Virus record (IMG/VR): IMGVR_UViG_3300043218_000060
Coordinates: 1 to 44,098 of that record
Length of the DNA stretch: 44,098 bases
Strand: one strand, 5' to 3'
DNA from: a virus
Lineage: Duplodnaviria > Caudoviricetes
Both the position numbers and the translations under genes were made by a program. Shown in pieces: positions 36,508 through 44,098 of this stretch (within the stretch, counting starts at the first letter, position 1; each line of letters starts with the position of its first letter). The notes beneath the pieces are model-generated. The model worked only from the letters and a program-made list of their open reading frames with translations, was not told the origin of the DNA and did not search any database.

Positions 36508-36522
36508 TAGGGGGACAGTACA

Positions 36523-37689
36523 ATGACAGTAGCGGCAGGTACAGCAGTAAGAAGATATGACGGTAATGATGTAGCGGTAGATTTCGCGTTCCCTGAAATA
36601 TTTTACAATAATTCTGATCTAGTATTATATCATCGTGATGTTAATGGGGTGATAACTAACCCTACAATAGTTACAGATTATTTAGTAACAGGCGTGGGTA
36701 CGGCAACGTCAGGCTCGGTAGAGTTTCCAGTTGGCGGTAGTTCTTATTCAACCCTTGCAACCGGTGAAAAGTTAACGATATCTAGGGAGTCTGCCAAGTC
36801 ACGTACCACCGACATGAATGATGCTTTTTATTTTGATGATCTTAACCTTGGTGAAGATAAAACAATGACGATGGTGCAAGAGAACGCTCTTGGCGTTGAT
36901 CGTTCAATAAGAAGGCATATAACCGATTTAGATTCTTTAAATATGGAATTGCCGATTGATACCGAAAGGGCAAACAAGAGCATACTCTTCAACCCTGACG
37001 GCAGTGTTGGCGTTGGAGCAGTGGCGGCAAGTGTTATCACATCCGGGTCAGGTGCGCCCACATCAACACCTTCTAATCTTGGCGATATTTATATTGATAC
37101 TACAGGCGATATATTTTATATTGCTACCGGCACGGCATCAAGCGCGGATTGGTCTGTTGCAAGTTTAATAACCTCACAGGCTGGCGCGCCTTCATCGACA
37201 CCTGCAATCGTTGGTTTAATAAATATTGATACGACAAACAATAAGGCTTATATCGCTGTTGGCACTTCTTCAAGCGCGGATTGGGCGCTCACATCCCGAC
37301 AGATAAGGCACTTAGACTTTAATTGTGTTGGTGCAAAGACTGACTGCGCTACCGATACGAACATATATGGCGATCATGTAATGAAGTTTGGCGGTACGAT
37401 TTTACAGTCAGACACAAACAAACAATGGTTGATGGCTAACAACTCTATCGCAGGGATTACTAGCACGATGGTAGTTGATATCCATAAGAACGGCACTACG
37501 ATAATGGCTACAAATAAGCTTGATATTGAGACCACGGAGAAAACTACAGAGGATGCCATCACGCAGCCTGACTTGACAGTAACGACAGTGGCGGCAGGAG
37601 ATATAATAACGATAGATATAGATGCGGTACATAGCGGTACGGCAGCAAAAGGGCTGTCAGTTACGATGTCAGTTTTACAAGATGCTTAA
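36523..37689 (+). CDS. Tail fibre protein
   Basis: T7 gp17-like N-terminal anchor (Y.GN.....F.F...F....DL); two 44-aa GAP.STP...G.I.IDTT repeats. Confidence 0.8.
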   Translation: MTVAAGTAVRRYDGNDVAVDFAFPEIFYNNSDLVLYHRDVNGVITNPTIVTDYLVTGVGTATSGSVEFPVGGSSYSTLATGEKLTISRESAKSRTTDMNDAFYFDDLNLGEDKTMTMVQENALGVDRSIRRHITDLDSLNMELPIDTERANKSILFNPDGSVGVGAVAASVITSGSGAPTSTPSNLGDIYIDTTGDIFYIATGTASSADWSVASLITSQAGAPSSTPAIVGLINIDTTNNKAYIAVGTSSSADWALTSRQIRHLDFNCVGAKTDCATDTNIYGDHVMKFGGTILQSDTNKQWLMANNSIAGITSTMVVDIHKNGTTIMATNKLDIETTEKTTEDAITQPDLTVTTVAAGDIITIDIDAVHSGTAAKGLSVTMSVLQDA

Positions 37690-37708
37690 CATAAGGAGAT
37701 CAAACTAA

Positions 37709-38152
37709 ATGGCAAAGATAGTCAAAGTAAAGATGACAAGGGTGCAAAACCAGGGCAAGATACAAAACACATATCCCGTGGAGTATGACTCTACAAAAAT
37801 ACAGATCATAGCGTATGAGGGCTTAAACGATGCTTCCAAACCGTATTGTATAGGTGTGGTTAAAGACACGGATTTAGCATCATTCACGGAAAGCTCTGAT
37901 ATAGAAGAGATAACCGAAGCGGAAGCCGAAACGCTCGGTGCTGCATGGCGTCCACAGGTGAAAAAGATGACTGATGTGAATAAAGTTATTGACATACTTG
38001 ATAAGCTGACCGTTGAAATAAGCGCATCTCTATCGTTAACACAAGCAGACAAAGACGCATTAAACGCTGACAATGCGACTGCTGGCATTAATAAGAGCGT
38101 AGCTTTTGCTGACATACTGACAATGGCGATAGAGAGGGTGAATAATGGCTGA
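37709..38152 (+). CDS. Hypothetical tail-associated protein
   Basis: 147 aa, SD AAGGAG. Confidence 0.65.
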   Translation: MAKIVKVKMTRVQNQGKIQNTYPVEYDSTKIQIIAYEGLNDASKPYCIGVVKDTDLASFTESSDIEEITEAEAETLGAAWRPQVKKMTDVNKVIDILDKLTVEISASLSLTQADKDALNADNATAGINKSVAFADILTMAIERVNNG

Positions 38153-38816
38153 TAATCTAATGAGCGCAGACCGCACTGCTGATTTAATATATAAACATGA
38201 CGGTTTTAGCACAACCATTCTCGATAGCATCGCAACGCCGGGATCAGATATTAGGAGCATAACTTGGGACGGTGATTTATATAGCATAGACCCTATTACT
38301 GATTTAATATATAAGCATGACGGTTTTAGCACAAATATACTTGATAGCATAGCAACGCCTTTAAATAATGGGTACGGCTTAACTGTCGATGTAGACGGTA
38401 ATATATATAGTGTAGACGCCGCTGTTAATTTAATGTACAAGCATGACGGTTTTAGCACAACTATACTTGATAGCACCAGCCCGCCTGGGTCAGGTTCTTC
38501 TTATGACATAACCACTGACGGGACTGACTTTTATGTCTTTAGAGGCAGTACAATTTATAAGGTAGAGGGTTTTAGCAATACGGTTTTAGATAGTTTTTCC
38601 GACCACTGGGCGAATGCTGGCTTGACGTGGGATGGTACGGACTTGTATGATTCAAACTATTCGCGAGACGATATATCTCATAGAGACGGGTTTAGCAGCA
38701 CCAAGCTAGAAACAATCGCAAGTCCCTCTACCGATCCTACCGGTCTTACATGGGAAAACTTCGATGCAAGGATAGGCGCTGGGGCAGTTTTTATCCCAAA
38801 GATTATGATAGTTTAA
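38145..38816 (+). CDS. Five-repeat beta-propeller-like protein (candidate receptor-binding)
   Basis: Five ~40-aa repeats IYKHDGFSTTILDS...GLTWDG. Confidence 0.7.
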   Translation: MADNLMSADRTADLIYKHDGFSTTILDSIATPGSDIRSITWDGDLYSIDPITDLIYKHDGFSTNILDSIATPLNNGYGLTVDVDGNIYSVDAAVNLMYKHDGFSTTILDSTSPPGSGSSYDITTDGTDFYVFRGSTIYKVEGFSNTVLDSFSDHWANAGLTWDGTDLYDSNYSRDDISHRDGFSSTKLETIASPSTDPTGLTWENFDARIGAGAVFIPKIMIV

Positions 38817-38823
38817 GGGGCTT

Positions 38824-39228
38824 ATGATGAAAGTAACAATAACAAGGCTCAAAACAGGTAAAGACGGTACGTTCGGGATAATCAATGTTGACCATAGATT
38901 CGCTTGTATGACGTTGGAGCTACCTGATAAGAATAACCAGAGAGATGTTTCGTGTATACCTGCCGGCAAGTATAGTATTGTACCTCATCAATCACCTAAG
39001 TTCAGGAAGGTATATAAAATATTAAACGTACCTAACCGCGCCAATATCCTATTTCATGTAGGCAACTATTTAGAAGATACTAACGGCTGTATCTTGTTAG
39101 GTCTTTATAGGAAGAGCCTTATGGTAAGCCAATCCCGCAAAGCTTTTGAGTATTTTTATAAGATCCTGAACTGGCAACCCGCTACCTTAACTATCAAAGA
39201 AGATTACGGGTTTGATTTTCCTGCGTAA
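38824..39228 (+). CDS. DUF5675-like protein, putative endolysin
   Basis: GTFG, TLELP, SCIPAG.Y, VP.R..IL.H.GN...DT.GCIL.G. Confidence 0.82.
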   Translation: MMKVTITRLKTGKDGTFGIINVDHRFACMTLELPDKNNQRDVSCIPAGKYSIVPHQSPKFRKVYKILNVPNRANILFHVGNYLEDTNGCILLGLYRKSLMVSQSRKAFEYFYKILNWQPATLTIKEDYGFDFPA

Positions 39229-39230
39229 CC

Positions 39231-39259
39231 AAAAAAGGCGACTCGTGTCATAGCCGCCT
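39231..39259 (-). terminator. Intrinsic terminator of sRNA and leftward operon
   Basis: AGGCGGCT-ATGACACG-AGTCGCCT followed by a T tract. Confidence 0.85.
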
Positions 39260-39300
39260 CTCGTGGTACCCTTCATTGTTAGACACAAGGTGCTGGTGGT
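39231..39300 (-). ncRNA. Putative ~70-nt small RNA
   Basis: Bracketed by its own promoter and terminator; no SD-led ORF. Confidence 0.7.
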
Positions 39301-39306
39301 GCTTTC

Positions 39307-39335
39307 AATATAGCAAGTTATGGGTGGGGCGTCAA
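39307..39335 (-). promoter_or_regulatory. sigma70 promoter for the sRNA
   Basis: TTGACG-17 bp-TATATT with TG extension. Confidence 0.8.
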
Positions 39336-39338
39336 GGG

Positions 39339-39563
39339 TTACCCCTTACATTCATCTATCTTATGGTCTCCACACCAATCATCTGAATAAACTACTGGAA
39401 ATCCGCTCATTGTTGGAGCGCGTCTACGACATCTACCGATAATATGGTCTGAGCGTTGTGTTGCATTTGTAACCTTTTCTATAAAAAACATACACGTGCC
39501 ACAGAGCATACCTTTGCTTCGATGCTGCCAATTGTCTCGTCCAGGCTTTTCGTTCTCGTTCAT
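39339..39563 (-). CDS. Small HiPIP-like Cys4 protein
   Basis: CGTC.FF...GRCRR..P...P.V...DWCG.H; SD AAAGGAGGTGA. Confidence 0.7.
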   Translation of the reverse strand: MNENEKPGRDNWQHRSKGMLCGTCMFFIEKVTNATQRSDHIIGRCRRRAPTMSGFPVVYSDDWCGDHKIDECKG

Positions 39564-39599
39564 TATTATATCACCTCCTTTCTTTGGTTATTAATTCCT

Positions 39600-39776
39600 T
39601 CACACATCACCCCCGCAGCGGGGGCAGAATTTATCATGCTTAAAGTGTAAGATAAATTTATCCATATCTGAGATGGCGGCTTCTAATGTACCGTAGGTCG
39701 TGTTGTCTGACCTTTTTAATTTATCCATGTCAGCTGATATTTTCTCTGCCAACTCCAACCTCTCCTTATTCGTCAT
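39600..39776 (-). CDS. Small hypothetical protein (58 aa)
   Basis: SD AGGAG; ends FCPRCGGDV; below ORF-track cutoff. Confidence 0.5.
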   Translation of the reverse strand: MTNKERLELAEKISADMDKLKRSDNTTYGTLEAAISDMDKFILHFKHDKFCPRCGGDV

Positions 39777-40029
39777 CGTCGTGGTCTCCTGTTATTATTT
39801 TAAACCTTCCTTTTTTAATTTGTTTTTCAAATATGTTTATTTCTTCTTGCATTATATTAAATTTTGCTCTAAAAACTGGTTCTATATAGTCCTCTATGAA
39901 TTTATCTTGAAAAGATATGGCCATCTTCAGTTTAAATATTTCTTGGATTAATTCATGCTTGTTCATTTGGCTAAATCTCTCTACTTCTTTCCTCTGTATT
40001 TCAAGAATTTTTATCGCTGTTTCCATCAC
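39766..40029 (-). CDS. Hypothetical protein
   Basis: 87 aa, SD GGAGGGG. Confidence 0.6.
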   Translation of the reverse strand: MMETAIKILEIQRKEVERFSQMNKHELIQEIFKLKMAISFQDKFIEDYIEPVFRAKFNIMQEEINIFEKQIKKGRFKIITGDHDDDE

Positions 40030-40171
40030 TTCTCCCCTCCCAAGTGCCCGTTCTTAATTAGGTGGCCTTTATTGCCTATATTTTGTCCTTCTTTCATGTA
40101 TAACCCCTTAGTTTTTAACAGTTTTGTGCATGGCCTCTTTTTGTGTCTCACATTATTAATAAAATGCAACT

Positions 40172-40591
40172 CTAATCACTTTGTGTTTCATCTATGCAAC
40201 CTAAGTACCCGTTCTCCACGCACCAGATCACCATTTCAGCAACAGCGGTGATTAGATCGTTTTTATCATCAATTCTTATCGTATGAAATTCTTGAGTAGC
40301 ATTTTCTAAATATACCAAAATATAATATTCCCCAAGTTCCCATGACGGCATCACCCTCAACAGCTCGGGAAGGGTGAAGGTGGGGATGAGTTGTCTTAAC
40401 TTATCATTTGTTTTATATCCCCAGTTAGTTACATCCCACTTAGGCCATTTATTATATTTACTGTTTCTTGATCTTTCCCACCAATAATTCCCCTCAATCT
40501 CAATCCCCGCCTTCTTGAGTAAGGGGTTTAACTGCTTCGCTACTTCTAACGATACTACTTGATCCTTTAGTGGTACTTTTATTATTTTCAT
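40172..40591 (-). CDS. Hypothetical phage protein
   Basis: VSLEVAK.L...G, PTFTL.ELL..MP, A.AEM.IW..ENGY. Confidence 0.7.
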   Translation of the reverse strand: MKIIKVPLKDQVVSLEVAKQLNPLLKKAGIEIEGNYWWERSRNSKYNKWPKWDVTNWGYKTNDKLRQLIPTFTLPELLRVMPSWELGEYYILVYLENATQEFHTIRIDDKNDLITAVAEMVIWCVENGYLGCIDETQSD

Positions 40592-40815
40592 TTTGGTGGC
40601 TCCTTGTTCTCATATATTACTTCATCTACAAAAATAGTTACTCCATGACAAAAATGTAACCTCTTGCTTTTTGGATTGCCATTAACCGGATCATCATAAA
40701 CCCTGAACAGCGGACATCTTAACCCGCAATTATCTCCACCAAAACAGATCTGGCTCAAAAACCCGCCGTCCTTTTCTAAAAGCAAATTATCAAGCTTGCT
40801 TATTTTAGCTCTCAT
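40588..40815 (-). CDS. Small Cys-containing protein
   Basis: C....NCG.RCP.F. Confidence 0.6.
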   Translation of the reverse strand: MRAKISKLDNLLLEKDGGFLSQICFGGDNCGLRCPLFRVYDDPVNGNPKSKRLHFCHGVTIFVDEVIYENKEPPK

Positions 40816-41047
40816 TTCCCTTCCCCTCCTTCACTTTAGTTATTAACAGCTCTTTATGCTCTTGTATCGCCGGATCGTTCAATGCCTTACCCGTTGCTTT
40901 TGATATGCTGAGATCGAGCGCGGCGTTGAGGATGGTGATGTCGTCACGTAAAAAATTAATATAATTCGTTATCGGATAAAGAGCCCTACATTCAATTAGT
41001 GTTTCAATGTTGTTACCTATTTCATCCATCTCGCTTTTCCTTGACAT
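40805..41047 (-). CDS. Hypothetical protein
   Basis: 80 aa, packed in operon. Confidence 0.6.
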   Translation of the reverse strand: MSRKSEMDEIGNNIETLIECRALYPITNYINFLRDDITILNAALDLSISKATGKALNDPAIQEHKELLITKVKEGKGNES

Positions 41048-41050
41048 CTC

Positions 41051-41356
41051 TCATTCCCCCTCTCTCGGGATATCGTCTATCCCGTATGAATTGTAATATT
41101 CTTCTGGTTCAAAGTCATAATAACCTTCCGATCCGTCACCTACGAACTCATCGTTCAACGCTATTAAGCCGTTTGTGTTCGCCTGCACCTTCTTGCCTAG
41201 CTTATCAAGAGATCGTTGAACCTCGTTGATCTGAGAGGTTGGGCTTGTGTTTTTACCAGCCCTATCTTTATTCGCTGCTTTTAAACAGATTATGGAAAAT
41301 GTTAAACATGCTATTAGAAATATTAAAAATAATACTGGGTATATATTTCGTTTCAT
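41051..41356 (-). CDS. Membrane-anchored or secreted small protein
   Basis: N-terminal hydrophobic helix; SD GGAGG. Confidence 0.65.
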   Translation of the reverse strand: MKRNIYPVLFLIFLIACLTFSIICLKAANKDRAGKNTSPTSQINEVQRSLDKLGKKVQANTNGLIALNDEFVGDGSEGYYDFEPEEYYNSYGIDDIPREGE

Positions 41357-41407
41357 CCCATCCTCCTTATTCCTATTTTACCCTGTTATTTACAATAGCG
41401 TCGATCC

Positions 41408-41956
41408 TTATTGTAAGTTAATCCCTAAAATATTGTTCATTAAAGTAAAATTATATCGACAAGCTCGCCTAGTTATGTTCTTAAATTCTTTTTCTGATAT
41501 AGGTTCTTTTTTTAAAAGTTTTGCACGCTTTAATATCTTGACAACTTTATAGCTAGACGCTTTAAATACCCCATACGATCTTGGCTCAGACAGTTGGATT
41601 AACCCATAAGGCGTGTCTTTGATTGAATTAAGCGCATATTCAACTAAAGCATCCGGTACTGCAAAAGAAAATTTATTTACAATTTTAAATTCTTTTAAAT
41701 AGTTATAATGTTTTCTGTGCTTATTGCCTGCGGGCTCATCACCATTCATTACAGCCTGTATGGCGGCAACCTCTCCGTTAAGGTCTGATTTAGTCACTTT
41801 TATTTCTACCTCATGGCTACGCATATTTTTATCTATTGCGATAATATCACCGATATATAAATATCCACCCAAATTATATTCTGTAACACAAGCCAAATGG
41901 TTGCGCTCAATCATATAATAATACAATAAACTCATTTTAATTTCAAAAGATGTCAT
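41408..41956 (-). CDS. MmcB-like PD-(D/E)XK nuclease-fold protein
   Basis: TE...GDII...EVEIKVTKSDL..., F.FAVP, YGLI. Confidence 0.75.
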   Translation of the reverse strand: MTSFEIKMSLLYYYMIERNHLACVTEYNLGGYLYIGDIIAIDKNMRSHEVEIKVTKSDLNGEVAAIQAVMNGDEPAGNKHRKHYNYLKEFKIVNKFSFAVPDALVEYALNSIKDTPYGLIQLSEPRSYGVFKASSYKVVKILKRAKLLKKEPISEKEFKNITRRACRYNFTLMNNILGINLQ

Positions 41957-41989
41957 AATAATCCTTATTTCAAGTTATCGCCCTTTTCT

Positions 41990-42454
41990 TTAATAGCGGG
42001 GGTGTTTAGTAATTTGTAGGCCTGTATAATCATAATGGGTGGGGGGTGCATTTAATTTAAGCAAGTCTTTGTTTTTATGAATGTTCCCCGCGACTTCTAC
42101 TTTAGTTTGAAAATAACCAGAATCTATTAATTTAAAGTAAGGAATATTCCCAAAACAACAACACAAGGCTTTGTCGTCCCAGTTAACTTCTTTATAAAAG
42201 CTTCCCCCTTCGGTGCTTGTCCAGTATACTATATCCCCTTCATAAATTAGCTTTCCATTCTTGTCCTTCAAGCCGGTAGACTCCATTAACACCGTGCCTT
42301 TATCGTCAGAATCGGCAATTAAATCCCCGTCTATATAATTTACATCACCGATCCACCAATAGTCAGGCGTGTCCGTACAAAAAGAGATGAACCAGCCGTC
42401 CTCTATGTAAATCATCTTGCCATTATGCCATACTCTATATCGTTGTCTTATCAT
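41990..42454 (-). CDS. YopX family protein
   Basis: YRVW...M, LMESTGLKDKNGKLIYEGDIV, EV.GNIH.N.DLL. Confidence 0.92.
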   Translation of the reverse strand: MIRQRYRVWHNGKMIYIEDGWFISFCTDTPDYWWIGDVNYIDGDLIADSDDKGTVLMESTGLKDKNGKLIYEGDIVYWTSTEGGSFYKEVNWDDKALCCCFGNIPYFKLIDSGYFQTKVEVAGNIHKNKDLLKLNAPPTHYDYTGLQITKHPRY

Positions 42455-42837
42455 TTGATCCCCCTCTCAATGTATTTTAACCGCTCATCAGGCGATAAGA
42501 TGATTAGCTGCTGGGCGTGGTAGTGGTGAGCGGGTATACAGTTGTCATGATCGCAAATCTTGTAATTATGCGCTGATAATGACGTTTCGAGATTGCCACA
42601 TTCGATACAAACCATTTCACTCCCATAAACAGCCTCCATAAACGGGCGGTTTGTTATTAGATCGGAGAGGGTAAGTCTTTCTATGTCAGTCATCCCTTTA
42701 TCATATCCTGCAAATGGTGCTTTCTCATTGTAAAATACGATATACTTACCACAGATTTCAAAGCCGTCTTTGTTCTTCATAAACCCACCCTCTCTCGCCT
42801 TCTCTACCAGCCCTGTTAATATCTCTTTACCGGTCAT
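42451..42837 (-). CDS. Hypothetical phage protein
   Basis: 128 aa with CxxC. Confidence 0.65.
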   Translation of the reverse strand: MTGKEILTGLVEKAREGGFMKNKDGFEICGKYIVFYNEKAPFAGYDKGMTDIERLTLSDLITNRPFMEAVYGSEMVCIECGNLETSLSAHNYKICDHDNCIPAHHYHAQQLIILSPDERLKYIERGIK

Positions 42838-43069
42838 TTGGGGTCTCCTTGATTTTTTCTATTGTACATCGTAACCAGCCTGCATCAAATTCTTTTTTAG
42901 TAATCAGCTTAGTCATTACATCCGGTCGTGTTCTATCAAAACCATCGGGGTCTAATATTATGTATCCTTCTAACTTAGCCCATTCTTGAATGTTTTTCTT
43001 TTCCTCGCATTGACAAGGAATTTTGCAACAAATTAAACACCTGCCAAAACCGCTATATTTTGTTTTCAT
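42827..43069 (-). CDS. Hypothetical protein
   Basis: CLICCKIPCQC and ILDPDGFDR. Confidence 0.65.
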   Translation of the reverse strand: MKTKYSGFGRCLICCKIPCQCEEKKNIQEWAKLEGYIILDPDGFDRTRPDVMTKLITKKEFDAGWLRCTIEKIKETPNDR

Positions 43070-43901
43070 CTAAATACCTCCTCAAGCCTTCTTTGAATTT
43101 GTATTTACAACCTAAGTCTTTAAGTAACTTATCCGCATCGTTGGTGAATTTATACCAGTCGATCTTGTCGGCTTCCTTGCTATAATTCCATTTTCCGATT
43201 TTCCATTCATCAACATATTGATTATAAAGTTCTATCATGCCTAAACAATTTTCAGGATCAATAACCGGCTCCATTGATACCCATGTTTTGATCTTGTGAA
43301 GCTTTGCCCTGCTTAACTGTATGATTCTGTCTGTATTGTCTAATGTGTTTGGTTCATAATTGTTTTTTTCATCAGTTAAAGTTTTAAATGCACCCGTCAA
43401 CGTCACGCCTACCTTTGACAAATGCGGGTTCTTGGCAAGTAAATCCCAATCGGTTATCTTGCCTTTTGTCAGTATGTTAACGCCGAGTCCGTTCTCGTGT
43501 AGTATCTCAATTGCTTGTCGGGTTAGCTGATACTTTTCGTTAATCGGCTGGTACGGATCGCAGGTGAAACAGAGAAAGATAAATGGCATTTCTGGCTTCC
43601 CAGGTAATTGATTCATGGGATTAGTAAAGTCAATGCCCATTAGTTGCCTTTTCCCTTCTTGAGCGCGCCCGTATGTTCTTAATCGCTCCTTATAGTGATC
43701 GCCTAGCTTCTTAGCATCTTTTCTTAACTCATCTATGATATGCTGTCTCGGCTGCGGTTCGTTAAAGAATTTATCTCGATCTCGTCTTGTAACGGCAGGC
43801 GCATAACAGTAAGTGCAGCCGTGTCCGCAGCCTTTATAAAGGTTTACCGCATGTTTTGCGTATCCTGCCGCCCTGCCTTTTGGTTCGTATATTGCTTTCA
43901 T
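43053..43901 (-). CDS. Radical SAM protein (spore-photoproduct-lyase-like)
   Basis: NLYKGCGHGCTYCYAP CxxxCxxC, CDPYQP, ILTK, TWVS.EP. Confidence 0.88.
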   Translation of the reverse strand: MKAIYEPKGRAAGYAKHAVNLYKGCGHGCTYCYAPAVTRRDRDKFFNEPQPRQHIIDELRKDAKKLGDHYKERLRTYGRAQEGKRQLMGIDFTNPMNQLPGKPEMPFIFLCFTCDPYQPINEKYQLTRQAIEILHENGLGVNILTKGKITDWDLLAKNPHLSKVGVTLTGAFKTLTDEKNNYEPNTLDNTDRIIQLSRAKLHKIKTWVSMEPVIDPENCLGMIELYNQYVDEWKIGKWNYSKEADKIDWYKFTNDADKLLKDLGCKYKFKEGLRRYLDENKI

Positions 43902-43909
43902 TTCTGCTC

Positions 43910-43971
43910 CTATACTAAAATATTTAACTTCTCTCTTATCTTTCTCAATCTAAAATATGCTATGCCGACAA
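43910..43971 (-). CDS. RuvC-like resolvase, 3' part across the circular junction
   Basis: In-frame continuation FVGIAYFRLRKIREKLNILV; stop TAG at 43910-43912. Confidence 0.85.
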
Positions 43972-44098
43972 AGATCGCGTCCGCCTCGTGTTCCGCTTTA
44001 CCGATAAGTATTTTACCGTTCTCTCTACGTGATAGTGGTGGTACCGGATTAAGTTTAAGCGCCGCGGCGATCATTTCGTGTTTATCTACCCCCGTCTT
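43972..44098 (+). repeat. Terminal direct repeat copy 2 (circular assembly overlap)
   Basis: Identical to 1-127. Confidence 0.95.

Larger units (their letters stand above)
1..43971. mobile_element. Complete podovirus-like bacteriophage genome (BPP-1/T7-like virion module, lambdoid replication)
   Basis: Full set of packaging, head, short-tail and ejection genes; no host housekeeping genes; ends overlap and a gene runs through the junction. Confidence 0.95.

Noticed and set aside
36523-39340. BPP-1-type diversity-generating retroelement
   Set aside because: No reverse transcriptase and no TR/VR pair differing at adenines; the repeats seen are in-frame protein repeats
39260-39340. Mini-CRISPR or crRNA mimic (ATTGAAAG handle followed by a spacer matching 11014-11034)
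   Set aside because: ATTGAAAG overlaps a well-spaced -10 box, there is no second repeat or palindromic repeat body, and there are no cas genes; the promoter reading is simpler
107-41918. Many opposite-strand or off-frame ORFs in the track (e.g. 8811..9338, 19692..20372, 33468..34013)
   Set aside because: Shadows of well-supported genes, lacking SDs and recognisable motifs

Overview
Complete, circularly assembled dsDNA phage genome of 43,971 bp. Positions 43972-44098 repeat 1-127, most likely an assembler overlap, and a RuvC-like gene reads through the junction. The virion module is podovirus-type in BPP-1/T7-like order: TerS, TerL, portal, scaffold, major capsid, cement, adaptor, nozzle, internal virion proteins and tail fibre, ending in a DUF5675-like lysis gene. 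Replication is lambdoid (initiator with internal iterons plus a DnaC-like loader). A long leftward early arm carries RecT, a nuclease, an SMC-like ATPase, an orphan MTase, a radical SAM enzyme, YopX and many small Cys-rich ORFs. Divergent sigma70 promoters near 12.4 kb drive the two arms. I recognise no integrase, CI repressor, polymerase or reverse transcriptase. The most notable signal is a dense RNA-level control layer: (1) an unannotated Com-like zinc-finger gene with four tandem GAG-N1-2-CC boxes overlapping a terminator in front of terL; (2) a stand-alone ~70-nt sRNA with its own promoter and terminator, whose first 21 nt recur (19/21) in a switch-like leader elsewhere in the early arm; (3) a tRNA-shaped element without a normal anticodon arm; (4) further long intergenic hairpins. 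All protein calls come from motif recognition and synteny by eye, not database searches.
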